From the IMG/VR virus record IMGVR_UViG_3300045974_000102, positions 1 through 64,000 of that record: a DNA stretch of 64,000 nucleotides. One strand, 5' to 3'. Positions 48,501 to 57,348 of the stretch are shown piece after piece. The DNA comes from a virus. Each line of letters starts with the position of its first letter. Positions within the stretch are counted from its first letter, which is position 1. Both the position numbers and the translations under genes were made by a program. Under the pieces are notes generated by a model. It was not told where the DNA came from. It ran no database searches and saw only the letters and a list, made by a program, of their open reading frames with translations.

Positions 48501-50883
48501 GCAAGCCAACTAGGTTTTGCACATCAAGAAATTGCTGCACAGGGTTATCGCTTATCTGAAACTGTAGTCCCTCAGTCTTTGCAATCTCACTGAGGTTAAG
48601 ATCGCCTGTGCGGTTGCCAGTAAGGTATTGTGAGAAGCGTGACGCTGCATCGCCTGTAAGAGTTAAATTATTGTCTAGAGCAAGTAAGTGTCCTCTTAGA
48701 GCATCTTGCATAAATGGTAGAGCTGCTCCTACATTCTTTCCAATAACTTCTGATGTCGGACCAGTACCGCCTTTCGGGCCATGAATAGCAAGTAATGCTT
48801 TCTCGTAATAGTTAAGAGACATTCTAAATTCATCTTTCCCAGGTGAGTACATCCTAGTGACAGCAGCACGCGTTGACTGGCCATGAGCTAAAAGCTTAGT
48901 TGTGTCTTCTATATATTTGCCGTGCAAGATCCAGCCATCATAGCCAAGCTCTTGGCGTAAAGCTCTAGACTCAAGAGTCCGTAAGATATCTTCTTCGTCT
49001 TGCTCAAACATTGCTTCTGCTCTCACTAAAGATTCTCTGCCTACAATTTCTTCGTCTTTAGCTATATCACCTGTGAGCTGTCTACCTACTCTATTGACTC
49101 CAATATGTGTGCCTTTTTTCATTGTTAACTTCTGAACATCTATGTCTCCAGCAGCTATCTTCTTATATACACTACCTATCGAGCCAACACGTCTTTCGCC
49201 AGATTTAGTTATATAGTTGACTTCAGCTTCCTCAGCATAGAAGTTTTCAAACTTTACTTTTTTATATGTACCATCTTCCTGCATTTCTTCTCTATATTCT
49301 AATTTTGGCACAGTAAGTCTCTTAATGAAATCATCTACATATATATTCTTTCCTCTCTTAACTGACAAATCTACCCATCTAGATACTTCAATAGCCTGGT
49401 CTGTTGTAGGGTCTAGTGTGCCTAATAGATTAAGATTTCCACCTAGTCTCATATGCTGTAGGTGTGGACTTTCCATGTAGTTATTTGTAAACATGCCTGG
49501 GTTATATCTTGCTTGTGTCGTGCCGAAGTAAGACGGCTTGTTACGGTTAGCGAATGATATTCCTTTAAATGCCTTATCGCCTTCTGCTTGGTAGATGCCA
49601 TATAGGTTTTCTCTAGCATTTGCCGATAAGTCTGCTACCTGCTTCTGCGGACCTACAAATCCGAAGTGTTTCTGTAGAAATGATTTAGTCTTTTGGAAGT
49701 TAGGGTTTACTGCCTTTGCTCCCATGGTCTTTGTTTTGAAGGTCATTAGGTCTGGGTTGCCACGGATACCTTCACCCATCCCATACAATAGTCTTTGGAT
49801 ATCAGGATTGAAAGCATCTTCCCCAGGACGGAATGAATGCAATTGCGATGTGCCCATAGCTACTGAGTCAATGCCTTTTAGATGTGCCTTATCGCTTAGC
49901 TTTAGTCTACCAAAGAATGTTGCTTCGAGCTCTGAGCCTGCTAGTGCTTCTGCTGCGGGATTAACACCTTGGATGTTCTGAGCTGTTTCAGTTGCGCCCT
50001 TTAATACTTTAGCAAGCATCCTTGCTAGATTGGTTTGAGAGCCAACAAGACCAGCCTGCTCTCCTATAGTAACGGCCATCATTTTCTCAATATCGCTCTT
50101 AGTAACGCCTTTGCCTTCTAGGCTCTTGTAATAGTCACGTGCCATGTCAAAGTCTAAGCTTCCAACAATACCACGCTTCTTTATATCCCTAAGTGACTCA
50201 AGGATATGAGTGTTAGGATCCATTACCTCAGCACCAAGACCTTTGGGTGTGTCTACTATATCGTATTTCCTTGAGTGCACCCATCTTGAATGTGTGCCTT
50301 CTTGTATCCTTGTCTCTACCCACGCTTTAGAGCTCTCATCGTATTTCGAGAAGGGCACATTAAGTTTATATCCGCCTACGTCTACGATAGCATTGGTGCC
50401 TTGGAAGCCTTCAAATCTTCCCTTGATACCTATACTCTCAAGTATACCCATAAGCTCCTGACCGATAGGGCTGCCCTCTTCATCAACTACCTCTTCTAGC
50501 TTATTGAAATACTGCTTACCAGCTCTTCCTTTAGATGCGCTTAGCTGTGCAGCATCAAGGTCATGTCTAATAAGTTCATACTTCTCAGCATTTTTACCAG
50601 CTAAGTCTTCTCTGAACTTATTTAGGATCTTGTTCCTTGGGTTAGCTTTCGCAGAGCCAGTAGACATTGCCTCATACATTCTATCAGCTACCTTAGCTGA
50701 TGTGCTTTTCTCAGCAGCAACTTTAGGATATATAAAGTTGACAGCCTTTGTGCCTACTTCCATAAACTTCTTTTTATCGTAAGCATAGAACCCAAGTGCT
50801 GCTGCACCTGTGCCTAGAATGCCAGCAGTCATTAGTGAGCCAAGAGTGCCTGAGTCTTCTTCATATGGGCTGTTCGGGGTCAT
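45538..50883 (-). CDS. Putative virion-packaged two-barrel RNA polymerase-like protein
   Basis: MVTRYPAIY...LMNADHDGDKIQL matches the beta-prime-type RxP...NADFDGD active-site motif; located in the tail module; Ala/Gly-rich hydrophobic segments at both termini. Confidence 0.65.
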   Translation of the reverse strand: MTPNSPYEEDSGTLGSLMTAGILGTGAAALGFYAYDKKKFMEVGTKAVNFIYPKVAAEKSTSAKVADRMYEAMSTGSAKANPRNKILNKFREDLAGKNAEKYELIRHDLDAAQLSASKGRAGKQYFNKLEEVVDEEGSPIGQELMGILESIGIKGRFEGFQGTNAIVDVGGYKLNVPFSKYDESSKAWVETRIQEGTHSRWVHSRKYDIVDTPKGLGAEVMDPNTHILESLRDIKKRGIVGSLDFDMARDYYKSLEGKGVTKSDIEKMMAVTIGEQAGLVGSQTNLARMLAKVLKGATETAQNIQGVNPAAEALAGSELEATFFGRLKLSDKAHLKGIDSVAMGTSQLHSFRPGEDAFNPDIQRLLYGMGEGIRGNPDLMTFKTKTMGAKAVNPNFQKTKSFLQKHFGFVGPQKQVADLSANARENLYGIYQAEGDKAFKGISFANRNKPSYFGTTQARYNPGMFTNNYMESPHLQHMRLGGNLNLLGTLDPTTDQAIEVSRWVDLSVKRGKNIYVDDFIKRLTVPKLEYREEMQEDGTYKKVKFENFYAEEAEVNYITKSGERRVGSIGSVYKKIAAGDIDVQKLTMKKGTHIGVNRVGRQLTGDIAKDEEIVGRESLVRAEAMFEQDEEDILRTLESRALRQELGYDGWILHGKYIEDTTKLLAHGQSTRAAVTRMYSPGKDEFRMSLNYYEKALLAIHGPKGGTGPTSEVIGKNVGAALPFMQDALRGHLLALDNNLTLTGDAASRFSQYLTGNRTGDLNLSEIAKTEGLQFQISDNPVQQFLDVQNLVGLQRHAGMDTSIGSLDDLGYMGEKVVEDLNALNTTGKAKILAHRNTERLVFEGLEYATNRLGPRNYNKMRQRGFLNYERKFGHDYHALEGLDTNFWLATGFSPQETESLAQGIGSNTMRIGFRDMQYLRDTPGVMEELSLRSIIDTPRLMEQQRLMEMSIAGEDVSAFTDAKLVDVEELKKIMGPYGYGDKARRNIQDPLHFLDSFLSSNNNPNGFLLQAHDRQVFIPGNDYFKGGYYMPEEDKVALSDFSWKVHELLNDVVNSPQGELSKSGLEALAYAVDIHGHSTKGGILREASLHVPGAYYSMNTPDVNFLSEKSSPLTKLEKMVEDKASYWQEAQDLHYAIGNVTKVSKETYAASIDEMLSEAMSAAESNNVEVKDVLRDWFGEGNFFEQNLDVAGIESRESLFAWQNDTLHTVGSMMAEAKIAKGKELEWYINKFLDGGGGFYSKEAMNIIDKEGLTGMVTRYPAIYAKSMALANIFPDWDQKNPIQGKSLALGHAQRLLMNADHDGDKIQLLTLFGSKAKAERLAEINGNQKTVFNFMNAAGNRSAIGTLFPDMRFQSFAKMGDKEVEAMFESASHLEVNTGIAAWLTKGLTGAFSAQTFQMKGGLEGLVDGRIAEDTFSKYRTFIHTFVPKFWEQSIISSKHIQSILGPNGVEATMDNVLKAMGNITDEGYVNLLRNSGGEMSPILAHAAIAARKSGTSWMAENAVRGTEMWNASNHLADLTYNIRELNFDEYGVAHRYSGATTKVEDAFAEYQRAIKNTPTIASQFSKDEAEALGFNGGFLNMLSKGIDEGAGAGTSDSIGGMLNSLAKRVETGKTNKEDIPKIIMDHMHRSKLIDANIEMTVAETLRRSYVPPSRKFAGVDKAWKFIEDHVTLPRMIGAGAAALAGLAMWNLATDDGAIEDPNDLPSVNNPAFQAPRSQMGSQRTLQTKANYNTSMNLLTDSREAMSTIGNIVSSRGYNTVHTRQDGSNPYKEDMYRYS

Positions 50884-50892
50884 AATATATCC

Positions 50893-53800
50893 TTAATATA
50901 AATACTGGAACTGTGATAGTAGAATACCACCATACTTATCGTATCTCTTTCTGACACGATGATCTTCTTCGTCTGTTGTCTCTTCTAAGTGCATCATAGC
51001 ATTAGGTGATGTTACTGGTGCGCCGTGTGATGATTGTATAACGTCATTCTGTGCTATATATGGCAGTATCTCTCCCGTCATGGTAGCACTTGTATTATGG
51101 ATAGAGTTTATGTCAATAGCTGATTGATAAGCTCCTGGGCTATAAACTGCTCTTACTAAGTGGTCATCGAAGAAGCCATAGTCTTCTATTTGTTCGCCCT
51201 GGTCTTTAAGTGCCAACACTTCTACTTTTTCAATGTCAACGTCAGGTGACCAGCCAAGCCAATCAGTCCCTGGAAGAGCATGACTATTAGAATACTGCTG
51301 AATAATCTTTGAGCGTGCCCAGTCGCCTCTTGTAATGCCAGTGCCATCAGTCTCGTGCATATACTGACGAATATCACTATCAGATAGATCGAAGGCTTCG
51401 TTTGCTTGTATCTCTGCAAATTCTTCTCTATCTCTTTCAGAACCTGCCTCTGCTAATCTCTTTGCCCATAGACCCTTATAAAGACGCTTAGATGCTTCTG
51501 GTAAGAACTTAAATATTTTGCCACGCTTCTCTGGACTGCTTTCATTTGCAAAGAAGTCAAAGTATGCTCTTTCGTTCTGTGGCAATGCTGTTAATTCATC
51601 ACGTAAGCTGTTATCTGTTGGATCTGCACCTATCATAGTAGAGCGCCACTTAGCATGGTAGAACTCTGCTTCTTGATAGTCGCCAGCGTCAGAAGATTGG
51701 TTAGCTAGCATCTTATATTTTAGATATTTGATTATATCCCAATACTGCTGCTTCTCTCTTCTTTCTGCTGTAAAGCTTGGTATAGTATCAATACCGAATA
51801 CGCGGTGTCCTATATTTGCTATCATAGGCTTTAATAGATGTTCGATAGGGTGCTGCCAAAGTCTTACTTCTTTACCAAATACTTGATAGTCTAAATAGTT
51901 AGTGAGATAGTCTCTATTAGGGATAAGTTTTCTATCCCAGAAGGTAGACTTATCTGTCATATTTTCCCAGTAGCCAGCGAGAAAAGTATTATAAGAGCCT
52001 ATCTTATCTTGCGCTAAGTTGTGCGAAGCTAGATTACCTGTATCTGCGAAAGGAGATCCTTCGTCCCACATATCTTCTTGCATGCCGCTCACATAAGCCT
52101 CAAGCCCTTTAGACATGTCTGGCATTGACTCTGGAGCAGCAACTTGCATATCTATTCTTTTGCCGGGCGATAGATGAGAAGCCATTGCGCTCATAGAAGA
52201 CTTCTGTATTTCTAAGGCGTCATTTGCTAATTGGCTTGTGTCATCATATCTAAACTTCTGAAGCAGTCTTGCTCTAATGTCCTGCACTCTATTGGATACG
52301 CCAGCCGCTCTATATGTAGTCTCATCTCCTTCAAGGCCAAACTCACCAGTTTCTAGGTCTGCCCAGTCTACTACACCTGAGCGATCTTCTGTCGCTATGC
52401 TCTGAGTATATTCTTGAGAATGTGCAAAGATCTGCTTCTTTAACTCACCAACTTGAGTTAATGTATCATAGTATCTCTGTTCTTCTGCAGGAGAAAGGTT
52501 GTTCCCTATTGCTAGCTGCAAAACGCTAGCTGATGTATTTCTAAATTCTGACGAGTATGGAGCTATCTGCTGTAAGATTTCAAGTCTAACTGGATCTGGA
52601 TACTCTTCTAAGTCCATTCCTTTAACTTCAGGAAACAAGAACTCCCAGCCTTTACGTGATGTCATTAACCAGCCCTGTGGAGCCTTATCAAATGTGGTGC
52701 CATGCGTATAGTCAATGCTTTGTTTGCTTCGCTCTGAGTTCCATATATCTTCTTCTCTTTGAGGTATCCAGTTAACACCAAATAGCTCATTTGGAAGATC
52801 GTTGATTGTCCACTTAGATCTCGGATTAGTAAACACACGACGTAAGAACTCGCCACCTATACCTGTAATATCTCCAGCTCTCCATCCCCACATGATCTGT
52901 GCTGGATCATACATTGCTGAAGCATCTGCTTTTCTTGGGACATAAGAATCAATACCCTTCTTCCCTGCAGCAAACTGATATAGAGAGCGGAACATGAAAC
53001 CTTTGAAACCAGAGTATTCAGTTCCTTGATCCCACATCTTAATCATATTCTGTCCGAATAGATTATCAGATCTCTTCATAGCCTCATAGAGCTGCGGTGT
53101 AGAGTCTATAGCAGAGTTGTTATGTTGAATATCTACAGCTAGCCTTAAGTTCTTAGCTACTGCTCTTTCATAGTATTGGTCGGCCTTATCATCTGGGATG
53201 CCTCCACCACCAAAGAAGTTAGGCTTTATGCCACGAGAGTCTAACTCATCAAATACTCTCTGCATTTCCGCAGATGGGTCATTGAAGTAGTTATCGGACC
53301 TTACGCGCAAGAAAGACCAGCCCTCTTGTTCAAGTTCCCTTTGTCTCTTAGCATCCTTAATCTTCTTCTTGCCACTATGGAAAGATACACCGTCAGCTTC
53401 AAGGGCAGCATATTTACTGCCATCTCTAATAACCATATCTATATAATAATTACCTTCATTTATCTGCGGGTAAACATCATAGCCCTGAGCCTTAAGTGAT
53501 TGATAAATCCCTCTTTCAAAAGGATTGCCTAATTCGCCTTCGCCTGGCTTATGGTATTCTTTCTGAGGTTTGATTACTCTACCTATTGTTGCAGCGATGA
53601 GTGGCCCGAGCAAAGGTATGTTCTGTCCATATTGGGATGATTTATATACCGGTTGTGATTCAGCGTGGTAGTCCTCTAGCATGTATCTATCGAATAGGCC
53701 GAACGTAAATGAGTTGAGTAGTCTATGTCCATAGCTCGGATAGATAACTCCCTTGTTTTGCCAGTCAGACTGTATAAGATTTAATGCCTCTCTTCTGTAT

Positions 53801-56800
53801 TGGATTACTTTGCCACCCTGATATGGCGTTGGCGATAAAATCCATCCTCTATTTTTTCTTACTTCAATATCTCTATTGCCATTAATAATAGCCTTACGTT
53901 CTTCATAAGTTTTATTAGAGCCTAAGAAGCCAGGTAGAAATGGGATCATAGGGGCCATTAAGAGGCCAAATGCTGCAGTCTTTGGGTTTTGTATTAGCCA
54001 ATTGAATGCTCTTTGAGAGCCAGTCTTAGTAACAGCGCCTACAAACTTCTCTGGCCTTAGAGCTTGTCTAAGCCATGGAGCAACTTGTATATTAGATTTA
54101 AGTAGATCTCTACCTACTTTATCAAAAGATCTTCTAATATAAGATGGGCCTGTCTTATATAAGTGTTGAGCAAATAAAACTGTAGTAGCTGCACTAATAG
54201 CTGGAGCTAAAACACCTAGACCTGTAGATCCTGGAGCAGCTTGCTCTTGACGCTTTGCCATCCTCGTTAAGCCAAGAATATCTGATATCTTAGAATATGC
54301 TAGCTGAGCTTTGTGATAAGCAGCTATAGGAAGCCCTGTAAGCGGTCCTGAGCCTTTATCAAACGTTAAGGCACCTAACATATGGTTTGCTAAATCAAAT
54401 GCCTTGTAGGCCGCATATGCTGGCAGAATACGCTTAATGCCAATGTCCATGAAGTAGCGAGGAATGCCACCCTTCATATCATATACAGGTAGGCCTAAGT
54501 GTGGCGCATTGATAAATTCAAGAGCACGACCAGCCATAGTGTAGATTGGGTTATGAGACTTAGTGAGCTTGTCTATTGTCTTGCCCATGAATTTGTTGTC
54601 AACAAATAGAACCTCGAATGGAGTTTCAAGGAACTGGTTCATAGGGTTAATAGTTATTTCTCTAAAAGCCTTGCCCCAGTGGCGAGCCATTTGATGGATG
54701 CCTTCTTTGCTCCATCTCTTTGCGCCACGGTAGCTCTGAACAAGAAGTGCTGTGTCTGCATCTCTTGTCATTTTGCCCATGTTCTTATAGAGTAAGTTAG
54801 TGCCGCCACCAATGCCTTTAGGTAGCATGTCAAGGTGCCATTTAACTGTCTCAATTGCTTTCCATATAGGTTGGAAAGTTGGGTTGCGTTTCATGAAGTC
54901 AGATTTTCTTGCTGTCTTTAAATACTCATCTAGTGGTATCTTATAGGATGCTCCTGATCTGACCAAAGATTCTTGAACTCTACCAAATACAATTGGGTTA
55001 ACTTGTCTAGTAAACTCTCCAGTTGCTCTATTAAAACTATTAACATTCTTGGCGCTAGCTGTTCTTAATTTAGATATATTAAGGTTTACATCAAGGACAA
55101 ACTTGCGTCCCATTCTATCACCATTAAGACTTTGATTTATAGCGTTAGATGCTTCGTCAAATTCTTGATACCATATTACTGCTGCACCATTAGGTTGTGT
55201 GCTTATCTTAATTATGTTCTTCTTAACCTTATCTGGTATTCTAGTAGGCTTAAGTATTTCAGATATTTCATCAAAGACTTCTGGGTTAGTATCTTGTATA
55301 GAGGCTAGTAGGTCATCAACAGCAATGCCATGATCATGTAAGCCTCTGATCCTCCCGCCGTTGATAGTAGAAAATCTTTTCCATTTACCACTAAGTTGTC
55401 CAGTTGCTTCATCAACATCACCTATAAATCTCTGTGACCCTCTACCCATATATTCGTGCATAGATGAAACGCGAAAGAGTCTGAATGTTGGCACAGCAGC
55501 TTCTATTTTTCTTGCGCCATAAAGCATAGTGCGGCCAAGCATTGTCATTGCTTCGCCAAGATTTGTTGGTATAACTTTAGACTTATGTGCCCCAAGTAAG
55601 TTTGGGTCATGTAACATTGCCGAGAAACCTACTGACCATAATGATAAGCCTGCTGTGAAGCCAAGTGCGCCAAGTCTGCCTACCATAGTAAGTGCACTAG
55701 CGCCGTCTGCTTCATTACCAGATGAATAAGTTTTATATTCATTAGATATACCAGTCTTGTTAAAGCTCATACTACTGCTTGAAAGCTTTTGTTTCTTATC
55801 TCCACCACCAAAATAAGTAGCTGCACCAAGTAATGCAAAGACACCAGCTAAGCTTGAATATTGAGCTATCTTAGTTGCAGCTCTATTGTGCTCCATGAAG
55901 TTCATGGCGTTGTGAAAAAATCCACCGCCTCCACCTCCTGCACCTCCACCTCCACCAAACATGGAAGGTGTAAAGCCACCTGACTTAGATGCATATATAG
56001 AAGAGAACCCTTTCTTTATACTGCTTGTTCTTTTGTCTATTAGACCTAGCATTTGTTGAGTAAGCTCTGAGACACTATAGCCTTGCTTCTGAGTTTCACG
56101 CTCCATAACATTTTGGAAAGCCTGATGTAAGAACTGGCCACCAATATCAGATCGTAATACCTTATCTATACCATGTTTTAATTCGTCTCCATGATTGCCT
56201 TTTGTGAGCGAGTTCTTAAACTCATCCATAACATCACCAAAGGCAGCTTTTAGTGCAACCTCAAGGCGTGTATCAGCACCAGCTACGTGTAATTCTTTTC
56301 CATTAAAAAATGGCTTAACTTTACTATGCCAGGAGAATAGATTTGCTACATCTTCAACCTTCCAAAATATAGCGTGTTGGAATTCTTCAAAAGTATTAGG
56401 CGCTCGCGCTATTCTGCCTGCAGTCTCTTTAAAGGCGATTGGGTTAATATTAATTGTTAACCGCTCCATGATATTTCTATCTTCTTTAGCAAGTCTGAAA
56501 GCTAATAGTTGCCAATCATGTTCAGCACCTATAAAATTAATTTTCCCTGCTTCATATAAACCTTTAAATCTTTCATAAGCTTTTTTATCTCGCTTAGCAA
56601 GCTGAACAAGCATTGCTGGAATATCGAAGTCTGTATTCCAGGTCATTATATTTTTAACCTTGCCAGCGGTAGCATCATTCATTAGATTATCTAAAACATT
56701 AAACAAGCCTTGCTTCTCTGCTTTATTATAAAAAGCTTCTTGTGTCATAGATTTCATTTCAATGTTGCCGTTCAATCCTTCAAGAAGGGCTTGAACCTGG

Positions 56801-57348
56801 GCATCTGTTTGATTAAATATACCAAGTGACATGTCTGATATATTTAAGTATTTATCACCTACAGGTATTACGTTGTTAGTTATTAGGGCTCTGTTAATCT
56901 CTCTGGGACCAAGCACTTCCATAGCATAGTGCACTTGTCTATCACTTAACCCCTTCCCTGCTATATCCTTTTTAGTTAGATAATTATAAAGGCCTTCATG
57001 TGTTTGCGTCTGTATTCTTGACTTTTTAACATTAGTGCGTTGGCCGCGTATCATCTTGAATTCTTCTACGTGGCCTTGACTGTGGACATTTAGATCTCTT
57101 ATTGAGTGAGGATTGGTTACTTGGATATGATGGATAGTGTCGCTTAAACCTGGTTCCATATAAGCCATTTGCAATAGCTCCATATGTCCATGTGAAAGCA
57201 AAATTTCATCTGCTGATGGCAATGCCCTTCTACCATCTTGCATCTTCGATAAATTATAGAAGAAGAAATTTAAATGATTAGTTTCGATATCTATAAACAT
57301 CGAGATGTCTTTTAGATATTTAGTGTAATCATTATTAGAAGCTGCCAT
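50893..57348 (-). CDS. Tape-measure-position giant protein with N-terminal DEDDh-like exonuclease and internal Vsr/DUF559-like endonuclease
   Basis: Follows two chaperones; motifs FIDIET, WNTDFD and HVAGAD; internal PFERGIYQSL...YYIDMVI...ALEADGVSFH...DAKRQRELEQEGWSFLRV; several TM-like segments. Confidence 0.7.
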   Translation of the reverse strand: MAASNNDYTKYLKDISMFIDIETNHLNFFFYNLSKMQDGRRALPSADEILLSHGHMELLQMAYMEPGLSDTIHHIQVTNPHSIRDLNVHSQGHVEEFKMIRGQRTNVKKSRIQTQTHEGLYNYLTKKDIAGKGLSDRQVHYAMEVLGPREINRALITNNVIPVGDKYLNISDMSLGIFNQTDAQVQALLEGLNGNIEMKSMTQEAFYNKAEKQGLFNVLDNLMNDATAGKVKNIMTWNTDFDIPAMLVQLAKRDKKAYERFKGLYEAGKINFIGAEHDWQLLAFRLAKEDRNIMERLTININPIAFKETAGRIARAPNTFEEFQHAIFWKVEDVANLFSWHSKVKPFFNGKELHVAGADTRLEVALKAAFGDVMDEFKNSLTKGNHGDELKHGIDKVLRSDIGGQFLHQAFQNVMERETQKQGYSVSELTQQMLGLIDKRTSSIKKGFSSIYASKSGGFTPSMFGGGGGAGGGGGGFFHNAMNFMEHNRAATKIAQYSSLAGVFALLGAATYFGGGDKKQKLSSSSMSFNKTGISNEYKTYSSGNEADGASALTMVGRLGALGFTAGLSLWSVGFSAMLHDPNLLGAHKSKVIPTNLGEAMTMLGRTMLYGARKIEAAVPTFRLFRVSSMHEYMGRGSQRFIGDVDEATGQLSGKWKRFSTINGGRIRGLHDHGIAVDDLLASIQDTNPEVFDEISEILKPTRIPDKVKKNIIKISTQPNGAAVIWYQEFDEASNAINQSLNGDRMGRKFVLDVNLNISKLRTASAKNVNSFNRATGEFTRQVNPIVFGRVQESLVRSGASYKIPLDEYLKTARKSDFMKRNPTFQPIWKAIETVKWHLDMLPKGIGGGTNLLYKNMGKMTRDADTALLVQSYRGAKRWSKEGIHQMARHWGKAFREITINPMNQFLETPFEVLFVDNKFMGKTIDKLTKSHNPIYTMAGRALEFINAPHLGLPVYDMKGGIPRYFMDIGIKRILPAYAAYKAFDLANHMLGALTFDKGSGPLTGLPIAAYHKAQLAYSKISDILGLTRMAKRQEQAAPGSTGLGVLAPAISAATTVLFAQHLYKTGPSYIRRSFDKVGRDLLKSNIQVAPWLRQALRPEKFVGAVTKTGSQRAFNWLIQNPKTAAFGLLMAPMIPFLPGFLGSNKTYEERKAIINGNRDIEVRKNRGWILSPTPYQGGKVIQYRREALNLIQSDWQNKGVIYPSYGHRLLNSFTFGLFDRYMLEDYHAESQPVYKSSQYGQNIPLLGPLIAATIGRVIKPQKEYHKPGEGELGNPFERGIYQSLKAQGYDVYPQINEGNYYIDMVIRDGSKYAALEADGVSFHSGKKKIKDAKRQRELEQEGWSFLRVRSDNYFNDPSAEMQRVFDELDSRGIKPNFFGGGGIPDDKADQYYERAVAKNLRLAVDIQHNNSAIDSTPQLYEAMKRSDNLFGQNMIKMWDQGTEYSGFKGFMFRSLYQFAAGKKGIDSYVPRKADASAMYDPAQIMWGWRAGDITGIGGEFLRRVFTNPRSKWTINDLPNELFGVNWIPQREEDIWNSERSKQSIDYTHGTTFDKAPQGWLMTSRKGWEFLFPEVKGMDLEEYPDPVRLEILQQIAPYSSEFRNTSASVLQLAIGNNLSPAEEQRYYDTLTQVGELKKQIFAHSQEYTQSIATEDRSGVVDWADLETGEFGLEGDETTYRAAGVSNRVQDIRARLLQKFRYDDTSQLANDALEIQKSSMSAMASHLSPGKRIDMQVAAPESMPDMSKGLEAYVSGMQEDMWDEGSPFADTGNLASHNLAQDKIGSYNTFLAGYWENMTDKSTFWDRKLIPNRDYLTNYLDYQVFGKEVRLWQHPIEHLLKPMIANIGHRVFGIDTIPSFTAERREKQQYWDIIKYLKYKMLANQSSDAGDYQEAEFYHAKWRSTMIGADPTDNSLRDELTALPQNERAYFDFFANESSPEKRGKIFKFLPEASKRLYKGLWAKRLAEAGSERDREEFAEIQANEAFDLSDSDIRQYMHETDGTGITRGDWARSKIIQQYSNSHALPGTDWLGWSPDVDIEKVEVLALKDQGEQIEDYGFFDDHLVRAVYSPGAYQSAIDINSIHNTSATMTGEILPYIAQNDVIQSSHGAPVTSPNAMMHLEETTDEEDHRVRKRYDKYGGILLSQFQYLY

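Noticed and set aside
53240-53530. Intein in the tape-measure-like protein
   Set aside because: No N-terminal Cys/Ser block or C-terminal HN-(C/S/T) splice motif was found around the endonuclease domain.
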